Of a DNA stretch of 32,000 nucleotides, positions 17,413 to 26,732 are shown piece by piece (the first letter of the stretch is position 1; each line of letters opens with the position of its first letter). Source of the stretch: Nostoc punctiforme PCC 73102 (GTDB taxonomy: Bacteria; Cyanobacteriota; Cyanobacteriia; Cyanobacteriales; Nostocaceae). Made by a program: the position numbers and the translations under genes. The stretch is from the NCBI RefSeq assembly GCF_000020025.1, contig NC_010628.1, forward strand, positions 6,360,001-6,392,000, written 5' to 3'. The notes beneath the pieces were generated by a model that saw only the letters and a list, made by a program, of their open reading frames with translations, did not search any database and was not told the DNA's origin.

Positions 17413-19506
17413 ATGCCCTCATCTACAAAACCTATCACCTACCCATCCAGCCACAAAAGTAATCAAATCGATAACTACCACGGTACTTTAGTCACAGATT
17501 CTTATCGTTGGTTAGAAGACCCTGACTCTGAAGAAACAAGGGCTTGGATTGAGGCACAAAATCAAATTACCTTTGGCTACTTGAGCGAAATTCCTGCCAG
17601 GGAAAAAATTAAACAGCGCCTCACTAAACTTTGGGATTATGAAAAATATGGTATCCCTTTTAAAGAAGGCAAGTCTCTGCAAGACGGTTCCACCGAACGC
17701 TACTTTTATTTTAAAAATAACGGACTGCAAAACCAAAGTGTCCTCTACACTCTAAAAACCCTCGACAATCAACCTAAAGTTTTACTCGATCCCAATCAAC
17801 TCTCAGAAGATGGTACTATTGCTCTTTCAGGATTGTCTATTAGCGAGAATGGTAAACTTTTAGCTTATGGTCTATCAACCTCTGGTTCTGATTGGGAAGA
17901 GTGGAAAGTACGCGATGTTGAAACTGGTGAAGACCTACAAGATCATCTGAAGTGGATTAAATTCTCTGGTGCATCGTGGACACATAATAATCAAGGTTTC
18001 TTCTACAGTCGCTACGACGAGCCGAATGAAAAAACTCAATTAGAAGATGTTAACTATTATCAAAAGCTTTACTATCATCAACTAGGCAAACCTCAATCAG
18101 AAGATGTACTAATTTATCATCGTCCTGACCAAAAAGAATGGGGTTTTAGTGGTGGTGTTACTGAAGATGGACACTATCTAATAATTTCTATTTGGCTGGG
18201 TACTGACTCCAAAAATTTGGTTTTCTTCAAAGATTTAACTAACCCTAATGCTGAAGTCGTAGAATTAATTAACCAGTTTGAGGCAGATTACAGCTTTATT
18301 GAAAATGATGATAGCTTCTTTTATTTCCGCACAGATTTAAATGCACCACGGGGAAGAGTTATTGCAATTGACACTCAAAACCCTGCGTCAGAAAAGTGGC
18401 GAGAAATCATTCCTCAATCAGCAGAAACCTTAGAAAGTGTAGGCATACTCAATAACCAATTTGTTGCTGATTACCTCAAAGATGCTCATAGCGAAATTAA
18501 AATCTTTGACCTCAAAGGCGGGTTTATTCGTGAGGTAGAATTACCTGGACTCGGTTCAGCCGGAGGTTTTGGAGGAAAACGTCATGATACCGAAACTTTT
18601 TATAGTTACACCAGCTTTACTACACCAGGAACCATCTATCGCTACGATATGATAACTGGTAAAAGTACTGTTTTTCGCCAGCCGGAAGTAGATTTTAATC
18701 CTAATGATTATGAGACAAAACAAATTTTTTATCAGAGCAAAGACGGTACTAGAGTACCCATGTTTATTACGCACAAAAAGGGCATTAAATTAGATGGAAA
18801 TAACCCCACTTATCTCTATGCTTATGGTGGTTTTAATGTCTCAATGACACCTAGCTTTTCTGTGAGTCTGTTGGTGTGGATGGAGATGGGTGGTGTCTAT
18901 GCTATGCCCAATATACGCGGCGGTGGAGAATACGGCGAAGAATGGCATCAAGCAGGAATGAAGGAGAAAAAGCAGAATGTCTTTGATGACTTTATTGGTG
19001 CAGCTGAGTGGTTGATTGCTAATAAATATACTAAGACTGAGAAGCTAGCGATCGCAGGTGGTAGTAATGGTGGCTTATTGGTGGGTGCTTGTATAACACA
19101 GCGCCCCGATTTGTTTGGTGCAGCAATACCCTCTGTCGGCGTGATGGATATGTTGCGGTTCCACAAATTTACCATCGGTTGGGCTTGGACTTCCGAATTT
19201 GGTTCAGCAGATAATTCAGAAGAGTTTCCAGCGCTGTATGCTTATTCGCCACTCCACAACATCAAACCAGATACAGCTTACCCAGCAACTTTAATTACCA
19301 CAGCCGATCATGACGATCGCGTTGTCCCTGCTCATAGTTTCAAATTTGCCGCTGCTTTGCAAGAAGCTCACGCAGGTGATGCCCCAGTTTTAATTAGAAT
19401 TGAGACTAAGGCAGGGCATGGTGCAGGTAAACCCACTGCTAAAATTATCGAGGAAGCCGCAGATAAATGGGCTTTTTTGGTGCGTACTTTAGATGTAGAA
19501 GTTTAA
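17413..19506 (+). CDS. Prolyl oligopeptidase (S9A serine peptidase)
   Basis: The N-terminus is DNYHGTLVTDSYRWLEDPDSEETRAWIEAQN and a beta-propeller region follows. The catalytic Ser is in GGSNGGLLVGA, the Asp in TADHDDRV and the His in KAGHGAGKP. Confidence 0.93.
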   Translation: MPSSTKPITYPSSHKSNQIDNYHGTLVTDSYRWLEDPDSEETRAWIEAQNQITFGYLSEIPAREKIKQRLTKLWDYEKYGIPFKEGKSLQDGSTERYFYFKNNGLQNQSVLYTLKTLDNQPKVLLDPNQLSEDGTIALSGLSISENGKLLAYGLSTSGSDWEEWKVRDVETGEDLQDHLKWIKFSGASWTHNNQGFFYSRYDEPNEKTQLEDVNYYQKLYYHQLGKPQSEDVLIYHRPDQKEWGFSGGVTEDGHYLIISIWLGTDSKNLVFFKDLTNPNAEVVELINQFEADYSFIENDDSFFYFRTDLNAPRGRVIAIDTQNPASEKWREIIPQSAETLESVGILNNQFVADYLKDAHSEIKIFDLKGGFIREVELPGLGSAGGFGGKRHDTETFYSYTSFTTPGTIYRYDMITGKSTVFRQPEVDFNPNDYETKQIFYQSKDGTRVPMFITHKKGIKLDGNNPTYLYAYGGFNVSMTPSFSVSLLVWMEMGGVYAMPNIRGGGEYGEEWHQAGMKEKKQNVFDDFIGAAEWLIANKYTKTEKLAIAGGSNGGLLVGACITQRPDLFGAAIPSVGVMDMLRFHKFTIGWAWTSEFGSADNSEEFPALYAYSPLHNIKPDTAYPATLITTADHDDRVVPAHSFKFAAALQEAHAGDAPVLIRIETKAGHGAGKPTAKIIEEAADKWAFLVRTLDVEV

Positions 19507-19519
19507 GAGTTGATTTATT

Positions 19520-19553
19520 TGTAGAGTGCGTTACACCGCGTTGACGCACTACA
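19520..19553. terminator. Hairpin between convergent genes (probable bidirectional terminator)
   Basis: tgtag(a)gtgcgt (19520-19531) pairs with acgcactaca (19544-19553), with one bulged A and a 12-nt loop. TTATTT follows. Confidence 0.5.
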
Positions 19554-19571
19554 TTATTTCCATCAGCTCAA

Positions 19572-19904
19572 TTATTTCAGTACATCTAAATTCAGAATAA
19601 TTGAGGGAGCTTTAGCACCGATCGAGTTACCACCTTTGAATAAAAAATCGCCAATTATATTTTTTACCTGTGGCGCATATTCCCAAGGGCCTTGTGCAAC
19701 CCAAACTACCTGAACTTCACGTGTCCATATCTCATCTCTCTTTTCAACAGTGGAACTAACTGTTTTTACCACATGAGTTACGCGATGCTCATGATTTTTA
19801 TGGTTTTGGCACAAGAGAATGCGATCGCCCTGTAATTTAAATTGCATAAGCTGGGCGGGCAGGATGACCGCCCCACGAGAGTTATGTTTAATTAGGTTAT
19901 GCAA
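19572..19904 (-). CDS. Hypothetical protein
   Basis: A 110-aa ORF convergent with the oligopeptidase gene. It contains a HIP1 site and has typical composition. No family is recognised. Confidence 0.5.
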   Translation of the reverse strand: MHNLIKHNSRGAVILPAQLMQFKLQGDRILLCQNHKNHEHRVTHVVKTVSSTVEKRDEIWTREVQVVWVAQGPWEYAPQVKNIIGDFLFKGGNSIGAKAPSIILNLDVLK

Positions 19905-20283
19905 TTTAGATGTTTTTATCCCTCTTGTGCTTAAAAAGCGACAGCTTGGTGTGCCAAAAAACTTGTCAAATAAAACACATTACAATAGTCGACTATTACG
20001 GCATGGGAAAAATAAAGCTACCATTAAAAATGTTAAAAAAGCTGAGAATGTTAAGTCTTCTCACTTCCACGAAATGGTACTAAGGTTTTGTTTTATCAAA
20101 ACAGAATTCAGGGGTCAGAATACCCTTTCAGGGAAGCAAGCTACAGAATGAATGCTGTACAACTAGTGGGTAGCACACAGTTAGCGAGTCTCTTACTAAT
20201 TGATTTTGACCGGAGTTGCGGAGTCCCCGGCTTTGCTTCTGAATTCTTCTTCAAAATTAGAAATTTTGCATTTGGCATTGCTT

Positions 20284-23061
20284 ATGAAGTTACGTTCATA
20301 TATGTTTTTAGGTTTTTTTCTGAGTCTGCTCCTAACTTTTTTGCCTTTTTCGAGCAATTTCATAAATGCTGCAACACCGACAGCAGTCGCACCTGTATCT
20401 GCTGTCTCATTCACCCAAGGGGTAAAAAAAACGGTGTTGGACAACGGCTTAACAGTGCTAACCAAGGAAGTCCATACTGCTCCAGTGGTGAGTGTGCAAG
20501 TTTGGTATAAAGTTGGTTCCCGTAACGAGGTTAAGGGAGAAAATGGCATTTCTCACCAGTTAGAACATTTGATGTTCAAGGGTACAACTGCCCGCCCAGT
20601 GCAGTTTGGAAGATTGTTTAGTGCCTTGGGTAGCCAGTTCAATGCCTTTACTAGTTATGACGAAACAGCTTACTTCGGCACAGTGCAACGAGACAGACTC
20701 GAAGCATTGTTGACACTGGAAGCCGATCGCATGGAAAATTCCTTAGTTGGGTCTGAACAACTCACAAGTGAAAAGCGAGTGGTGATCTCTGAGTTACAGG
20801 GATACGAAAATTCACCAGGCTATCGCCTGAGTCGGGCAGTGATGCGAGATGCTTTCCCTAACAGAGCTTATGGCTTACCAGTGGGAGGCACAAAAGCTGA
20901 TGTAGAGAAATTCACGGTAGAGCAGGTACGGAATTATTACCAAACCTACTACAGCCCAGAAAATGCCACGTTAGTAATTACGGGGGATTTTGCCACAGAA
21001 CCTGTACTCAAAGTTGTTAAAGAAACTTATGGGAAGTTGGCAAAACGATCGCAACAGGGCAATGTAAGGGGAAATGTCGCCCCATCTTCTCCAGTTGCCG
21101 CTACTACTAAAAAAGCACCGATTGTTTTGAAGCAACCAGGAAGTGCGGCACTACTGCAAGCAGTCTATCCTTTACCAGATATCAAGCATCCTGATGTGCC
21201 GGCAATTGATGTGATGGATGCCATTCTCACAGGTGGACGTAGCTCTAGACTTTACCAGGCTTTGGTAGAATCTGGACTTGCCAGTTCAGTAAGTGGCGGT
21301 GCTGCCGAACTCATTGAACCAGGTTGGTATGAAATTAATGCTACAGCGGCTCCGGGTAAAGAGTTAAGTAAAATTGCCCAGGTGCTTCAGGAATCTTTAG
21401 GAAAGTTGCAACAGCAGCCTGTCACCACAGAAGAATTGACCCGGGCGAAAACGCAACTGCAAGCCTCATATATCTTGGGTAATCAAGATATTACTAGTCA
21501 AGCGACCCAACTCGGATATAACCAAACGATCGCGGGCGATTATCATTTTATTGAACAGTATCTCGCTGCGATCGCTAAAGTCACCCCAGCCCAAGTACAA
21601 AAAGTAGCGAAAACTTACCTAAATCCGGCTAAACAAACCATTGGCTTCTTTGAGCCGACTCAACCAGATGGGAAACCAGGGACTTCTAGCGCTGGTTCTG
21701 GGCGCACAGTCGAAAATTTCAGCCCCGGTAAACCTGTAGATCCGGCACAACTAGCTAAATATCTCCCACCCGCCACATCAGCAACAGATTCGGCCAAACA
21801 ATCGCTACCAGAAGAGTTTACTTTAAATAATGGTTTGCGGGTTTTGTTGTTACGCGATCGCAGCCTCCCCACCATTAACCTAAGTGGACAAATTGACGCT
21901 GGTACTGAATTTGATGGTAATCAAAAAGCTGGATTAGCGAATTTGACTGCGGCCAACTTAATGAATGGGACGCAGACTAAAAATGCTCTTACCCTAGCAA
22001 AAACCTTAGAAGACCTGGGAGCCGATTTGAGCTTTAGTGCTAGCCGTGAGGGAGTGAACGTTAGCGGTGAAGGACTTTCAAAGAACCTGCCGATATTGAT
22101 TCAAACTCTGGCAGATGTGTTAGAAAACGCCACTTTCCCCGCCGACCAGCTAGAATTGAGCCGTCAACGGGCACTGACAAGTCTTAAAGTCCAGCTAGAT
22201 GATCCTAGAGGGCTAGGACGACAAGTATTCCAGCAGGCAATTTATCCTGAAAATCATCCATTTCATAGCTTTCCTACATTCGAGAGCTTAAAAAGCATTA
22301 GTCGTGATGACTTGCTTGGCTTCTATCAGAAATACTACCGACCAGATAGCACAACGATCGCAATAGTTGGAGACTTCGATCCAGTTAAGGTAAAAACTTT
22401 GCTGAATCAGGCATTTGGCAAATGGCAAGCCACAGGTAAGCCACCTGTGCTGAAAATATCATCCGTGCCATTACCGCAAACTTCGACACGTTTAAACAAA
22501 ATAATTCCTGGTAAAGCTGAGGCTGTTACCTACATCGGCTACAACGGCATCTCTCGCAAAGACCCGCGTTATTATGCGGCACTGATACTGAATCAAATTT
22601 TGGGTGGTGATACCTTATCGAGCCGATTGGGTACAGAAGTGCGCGATCGCCTCGGTCTAACCTACGGTATCTATAGTGGTTTTGCCGCCGGCATCAATCC
22701 CGGCCCATTCTTGATTCAGATGCAGACTGCTCCTGGAGATACCCAAAAAGCGATCGCCAGTACTCTCGCTTTACTTAAACAGTTGCGCGAACAAGGAGTA
22801 ACTGAGGCTGAATTCAACACGGCAAAACGCTCACTTACTAATAGCTACCCCGTGGATTTAGCTAATCCCAGTAATGTATCAAGCATCATTTTGGATAATG
22901 CTGTCTTGGGACTTTCACGATCGGAAATCCGAGACTTTCCCCAACGGATTCAAGCAGTCACTATGGCTCAGATGCAACAGGCAATTGAGGATTTAATTAA
23001 GCCAGAAAATCTGGTAATTGTCACCGCCGGGCCTGGAGAGACAGTACCTAAAGGCGGTTAA
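20284..23061 (+). CDS. Secreted M16 (pitrilysin/insulinase) family zinc peptidase, fused active + inactive halves
   Basis: I prefer the ATG at 20284, giving the signal peptide MKLRSYMFLGFFLSLLLTFLPFSSNFINA. The first half has the inverted zinc motif HQLEH (GISHQLEHLMFKGT) and a downstream ...ISELQ... Glu. The second half (from ~LRVLLLRDRSLPT) is M16-like but lacks HxxEH. Confidence 0.9.
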   Translation: MKLRSYMFLGFFLSLLLTFLPFSSNFINAATPTAVAPVSAVSFTQGVKKTVLDNGLTVLTKEVHTAPVVSVQVWYKVGSRNEVKGENGISHQLEHLMFKGTTARPVQFGRLFSALGSQFNAFTSYDETAYFGTVQRDRLEALLTLEADRMENSLVGSEQLTSEKRVVISELQGYENSPGYRLSRAVMRDAFPNRAYGLPVGGTKADVEKFTVEQVRNYYQTYYSPENATLVITGDFATEPVLKVVKETYGKLAKRSQQGNVRGNVAPSSPVAATTKKAPIVLKQPGSAALLQAVYPLPDIKHPDVPAIDVMDAILTGGRSSRLYQALVESGLASSVSGGAAELIEPGWYEINATAAPGKELSKIAQVLQESLGKLQQQPVTTEELTRAKTQLQASYILGNQDITSQATQLGYNQTIAGDYHFIEQYLAAIAKVTPAQVQKVAKTYLNPAKQTIGFFEPTQPDGKPGTSSAGSGRTVENFSPGKPVDPAQLAKYLPPATSATDSAKQSLPEEFTLNNGLRVLLLRDRSLPTINLSGQIDAGTEFDGNQKAGLANLTAANLMNGTQTKNALTLAKTLEDLGADLSFSASREGVNVSGEGLSKNLPILIQTLADVLENATFPADQLELSRQRALTSLKVQLDDPRGLGRQVFQQAIYPENHPFHSFPTFESLKSISRDDLLGFYQKYYRPDSTTIAIVGDFDPVKVKTLLNQAFGKWQATGKPPVLKISSVPLPQTSTRLNKIIPGKAEAVTYIGYNGISRKDPRYYAALILNQILGGDTLSSRLGTEVRDRLGLTYGIYSGFAAGINPGPFLIQMQTAPGDTQKAIASTLALLKQLREQGVTEAEFNTAKRSLTNSYPVDLANPSNVSSIILDNAVLGLSRSEIRDFPQRIQAVTMAQMQQAIEDLIKPENLVIVTAGPGETVPKGG

Positions 23062-23182
23062 TTAGCTCACTCAATTTTAAATTTTGGATAATGGAATTGA
23101 AAGATTCAAAATTCCAAATTTAACCTGACAGTGCTAAGAAACACATACCTGAACATTTTGAGAGAGTATTTCTCTCTCTAAT

Positions 23183-23291
23183 GGAGGAATTGAGAAAGAT
23201 AGTATCAGGACAAAATAAATAGATATTCCGATCACCTGACGAACTTTAACTCCTATTTCCCCATTTCTATCTAGAAATGGGGAATTTTTTT
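23183..23291 (+). ncRNA. Candidate small RNA, unit A of a tandem pair (unnamed)
   Basis: It begins with GGAGGAAT (23183-23190) and has the box CCGATCACCTGACGAACTTT (23228-23247). A perfect 11-bp terminator stem, ccccatttcta (23259-23269) with tagaaatgggg (23272-23282), is followed by AATTTTTTT. No downstream plus-strand gene exists. Confidence 0.3.
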
Positions 23292-23338
23292 CAAAAGCTA
23301 CCAACATGGAATTCCAATAAAATATTTATCTGTCTTTA

Positions 23339-23449
23339 GGAGGAATAAGATAAAGTCTAAAAATAATAAAAACTTAAGTAGCCCGATTACCCTACCGAAC
23401 TTTGTTCTAGCTCTCCTCATGTTTTTATCTAACGGGGGAGAGTTTATTT
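23339..23449 (+). ncRNA. Candidate small RNA, unit B of a tandem pair (paralogue of unit A)
   Basis: It begins with GGAGGAAT (23339-23346) and has the box CCGATTACCCTACCGAACTTT (23383-23403) at the same spacing as in unit A. The stem ctctcctc (23411-23418) with ggggagag (23435-23442) is followed by TTTATTT. Confidence 0.3.
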
Positions 23450-23654
23450 AAAAAATCGATGGCTGCACCAACGCAGATGAGAGTTCTTTCAAATTAATCA
23501 GCTTAGTTTGATGCTTGATTCTTCCTAACCCTCGTGAAAACCATTTTTAATGACGCTTTCAAACCGCTAATGCTACGCTAATGTAATTCGTAAAAAAATA
23601 TGTAAATACAGCAAATTCAACTTATAACTCTCGCAATATCTTGTTTTTCCGATT

Positions 23655-24278
23655 TTATTTTTCCTCTTTCTTTTCTTCTAAATTGGTTATTTTGGCATTT
23701 GGCATCAGGATATAGTTTTCCTGGTTTTGTTGTTCTTCTTTCTTTTCTTGTATAACTTGAGTGGAATATATTTCAACATCTCGTTGAATAACATCTTCTA
23801 CATTACCCGCAAAAAGATTAAACGCTTGTTGGTGGCTTGTATAATCACGATAAGGGCCAGTCAACTGGGAGAATTGCCACCCTTGGGTTTTCAAAGATTC
23901 GACTGTACGACGATAGTGTCGCCAACGTTCACCGTAATGAAAAAACTCTTCAATGGCAGCACTAATAGCAACAATTTGACTCAAACCAAAAGTTGACCAG
24001 ATAATGATATTTCTGGCCCTATCGTTAACTTGTAAATTAGAAGTAGTGTTAATGTTTAAACTTACCAGTGCTGGGAGAATTACACCGCCAATTATAGTTG
24101 TTATCCGCAAAAAATAATGGCGATCTCGTGATAAATTAGCCTTACCTTCCATCCAAAGTACTTGCTCTAACCAGCGCGATTGCAAAAAATGCTTTTGTCC
24201 ATCGCCTAAATTCATACCTTCAAATAACTTGTTAAAATCTTCCCTTAAAAATTCCTGATAACTATCTTTTTTTGCCAT
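23655..24278 (-). CDS. SLATT-superfamily 2-TM protein (DUF4231-type), predicted membrane effector
   Basis: The two hydrophobic helices are ITTIIGGVILPALVSL and IIIWSTFGLSQIVAISAAI. They are followed by EEFFHYGERWRHYRRTVESLKTQGWQF, the DUF4231/SLATT-type signature. The C-terminal tail is K/E-rich. The ATG lies 3 nt after the upstream stop, with AGGAG inside the upstream gene's last codons. Confidence 0.8.
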   Translation of the reverse strand: MAKKDSYQEFLREDFNKLFEGMNLGDGQKHFLQSRWLEQVLWMEGKANLSRDRHYFLRITTIIGGVILPALVSLNINTTSNLQVNDRARNIIIWSTFGLSQIVAISAAIEEFFHYGERWRHYRRTVESLKTQGWQFSQLTGPYRDYTSHQQAFNLFAGNVEDVIQRDVEIYSTQVIQEKKEEQQNQENYILMPNAKITNLEEKKEEK

Positions 24279-24281
24279 TAT

Positions 24282-25034
24282 TCACTCCTGCTTAGAAAGC
24301 AAATCTTTAATTATTTGGCCTAAATTTTTAACCCCATTCTCGATGTCAATCAAGTTGACGTATTGTAATATACCAGATTTTGCTAACTTTTTAGCTCGCT
24401 CATCAGTACCCTCTCCACGCAAGGCATCGGCAAGGATATCTGCGGTTCTACCACTACCAGCAATCACAACAACTAACCTTCCAGTATTAACGCTATAAAA
24501 CGCATCATCAAAGGTGATCTCACCACCGTTTAAAAGTACAGTTACTGAAGGTGCATTATTGGCCAGCATAGTTGCAACGTCAGATATCCAAGGTGATTCG
24601 TCGCCCCAATTATCGCCAGGAACCAGTACAAAATGAGTATGGTTTGGCTCTAACGGTGTCAAATCAGCACCGGGTTCTTGTTGATCAGGTAAAGCCACTT
24701 TGTTTTCGGGTGCTACACCAATCAAAGCAAACTTAGCACCTATCTGGCTACGAGCCTCACCCATCAATTGCATAACTCCCGCATCCGTACCTCCATCGAC
24801 AACATAAGCACCCAAACTTTCGGCTATTGGGGCTAAAACTTCCGTAAACAACCGTTTAATACGAAGAAAATCAGCTTCACTGATTTTACTTGCACCCCCT
24901 ACCACTACTAAAATAGAACGCGAACCGCCAAGCCCTATTTGCTCAAGAGCATCTGGTAATTCGGCTTGTTGATCGACTCGAATAGCTAATGCTGTTTGTC
25001 CGCTGTCAAAGGTAAGTTTCAAAGGATTTTTCAT
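24282..25034 (-). CDS. SLOG-superfamily protein, prokaryotic LSDAT (TRPM N-terminal-like) type; predicted nucleotide/ligand sensor
   Basis: This is a soluble 250-aa Rossmann-like protein. Its successive glycine-rich loops are RSILVVVGGASKISEADF, YVVDGGTDAGVMQLMGEA and LVVVIAGSGRTADILADAL. The pattern matches my memory of the LSDAT/SLOG family, which is related to LOG-type nucleotide-binding proteins. Confidence 0.75.
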   Translation of the reverse strand: MKNPLKLTFDSGQTALAIRVDQQAELPDALEQIGLGGSRSILVVVGGASKISEADFLRIKRLFTEVLAPIAESLGAYVVDGGTDAGVMQLMGEARSQIGAKFALIGVAPENKVALPDQQEPGADLTPLEPNHTHFVLVPGDNWGDESPWISDVATMLANNAPSVTVLLNGGEITFDDAFYSVNTGRLVVVIAGSGRTADILADALRGEGTDERAKKLAKSGILQYVNLIDIENGVKNLGQIIKDLLSKQE

Positions 25035-25150
25035 TTGTCCACAATTCTGACTGATTAAGTTTCCCAGGGTAGAGGTTCCTAGCCATGTTCCGCAAGGGTT
25101 GTATTACCGACAATTAATTGTCGAAGCGTTCAGATTTTTGTTCTACCGAG

Positions 25151-25245
25151 GAGCGATGTCTCCGACGGGTGGTTCCTGAGCGCAACCGTACCGCTTCGTG
25201 GAAGCAAGCTACGCGAAGCGTCTCCGACAGGAGAAGGGCTACGCC
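25151..25245. repeat. Short dispersed repeat block (GAAGCAAGCTACGCG family; internal GTCTCCGAC x2)
   Basis: gagcgatgtctccgacggg...gtggaagcaagctacgcgaagcgtctccgacaggagaagggctacgcc; compare 3876-3909. Confidence 0.7.
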
Positions 25246-25448
25246 TATGTCAGAAGTATTATCTGGTGCAGCTTCAAAAAGCAACGTTATGATAATTAAT
25301 GCATTAATCAAGCTTACGCCTAATAATAAATAAGTTGGCACAAACAAACCTCTAGAATACGGAGACGATTAATCGCCTCTATAAAGCTGTTAGGTGCTGT
25401 GCCAAACCAAAATCAGCCGTTGTACAAATTTCCATAAGGATAATTGAA

Positions 25449-26732
25449 GTGACTAGGACTAATTCAGACTTTCTTTCCTCCACCGATCCAGCGATCGCGG
25501 AGTTAATCAACGACGAACTACAACGCCAGCGAGATCACTTGGAGTTGATTGCTAGCGAAAACTTTACCTCTGCTGCTGTACTAGCTGCTCAAGGTTCAGT
25601 ACTGACAAATAAATATGCCGAGGGATTACCTGGTAAACGCTACTATGGCGGTTGTGAGTATATCGACAAAATTGAGCAACTAGCTATCAATCGTGCTAAA
25701 CAGATATTTGGCGCTGCTCATGCAAATGTGCAACCCCATTCTGGCGCACAAGCCAATTTTGCTGTGTTTCTGTCGCTGCTGCAACCAGGAGACAAAATTA
25801 TGGGGATGGATTTGTCTCACGGGGGACATCTCACCCACGGTTCACCTGTAAATGTCTCAGGTAAGTGGTTTCAAGTTAGCCACTACGGTGTCAGTCAACA
25901 AACAGAACAACTTGACTATGACCAAATTCGGGAGCTGGCGCTGAGGGAGCGTCCTAAGCTCTTGATTTGTGGTTATTCGGCTTATCCCCGGATAATTGAT
26001 TTTGAAAAATTCCGTAGTATTGCTGATGAAGTCGGTGCTTACTTACTTGCCGATATTGCTCATATCGCTGGTTTAGTTGCTAGTGGTCTTCATCCCGACC
26101 CCATTCCTCATTGTCATGTAGTAACAACAACTACACATAAGACTCTACGCGGCCCTAGAGGTGGTTTAATCTTGACCAGCGATGCAGAACTAGGTAAAAA
26201 GCTAGATAAATCTGTTTTTCCTGGTACTCAGGGCGGGCCATTGGAACACGTCATTGCTGGTAAGGCAGTGGCTTTTGGAGAAGCCCTAAAGCCTGAGTTT
26301 AAAACTTATTCTGCTCAAGTAATTGAAAATGCTCGTGCTTTGGCAGAACAACTACAAAATCGGGGTTTAAAATTAGTGTCAAATGGCACTGACAACCATT
26401 TACTACTCGTGGATTTACGTTCTGTAAATCTAACTGGTAAGCAAGCGGATCAGCTAGTCAGCACTGTGAATATAACTGCTAACAAGAATACTATTCCCTT
26501 CGATCCACAATCGCCATTTGTTACTAGTGGTCTGAGGTTAGGTTCGCCAGCAATGACCACACGGGGCTTAGGAGTAGCAGAATTTACCGAGATTGCAAAT
26601 ATTATTAGCGATCGCCTGCTTTCTCCAGATTCCGACGTAGTAACCCAAGATTGTCGGCAAAGGGTAGCAGCATTGTGCGATCGCTTCCCCTTATATCCTC
26701 ACCTGGAAATTCCTGTACCAGCACTAGCATAA
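25449..26732 (+). CDS. glyA: Serine hydroxymethyltransferase
   Basis: The start is GTG, with AAGGA upstream. Motifs include [30 protein letters not shown], the PLP-lysine motif [16 protein letters not shown] and [14 protein letters not shown]. Confidence 0.96.
   Translation: MTRTNSDFLSSTDPAIAELINDELQRQRDHLELIASENFTSAAVLAAQGSVLTNKYAEGLPGKRYYGGCEYIDKIEQLAINRAKQIFGAAHANVQPHSGAQANFAVFLSLLQPGDKIMGMDLSHGGHLTHGSPVNVSGKWFQVSHYGVSQQTEQLDYDQIRELALRERPKLLICGYSAYPRIIDFEKFRSIADEVGAYLLADIAHIAGLVASGLHPDPIPHCHVVTTTTHKTLRGPRGGLILTSDAELGKKLDKSVFPGTQGGPLEHVIAGKAVAFGEALKPEFKTYSAQVIENARALAEQLQNRGLKLVSNGTDNHLLLVDLRSVNLTGKQADQLVSTVNITANKNTIPFDPQSPFVTSGLRLGSPAMTTRGLGVAEFTEIANIISDRLLSPDSDVVTQDCRQRVAALCDRFPLYPHLEIPVPALA

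Noticed and set aside
20088-20549. ORFs overlapping the 5' end of the M16 peptidase gene, and the 28-codon N-terminal extension (20200-20283) of the peptidase ORF
   Set aside because: The ATG at 20284 yields a textbook signal peptide. The extension and the overlapping or antisense ORFs have no supporting features.
17413-23061. Prolyl oligopeptidase plus M16 peptidase as a RiPP/peptide-maturation cluster
   Set aside because: I see no precursor-peptide ORF, cyclase, transporter or modification enzyme between or around them. Both look like canonical housekeeping peptidases, and the small intervening ORF is on the opposite strand.
23062-23110. Hairpin tggaatt...aattcca after the M16 peptidase stop, considered as its terminator
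   Set aside because: The stem is only 7 bp with an 11-nt loop and no following T-tract. That is too weak to call.
25114-25347. Mutually antisense ORFs (77 aa minus, 71 aa plus) upstream of the SLOG gene
   Set aside because: Both lie over the 25151-25245 repeat block and both are Arg/Ser-rich. Two overlapping antisense ORFs over a repeat are most simply explained as non-coding DNA.
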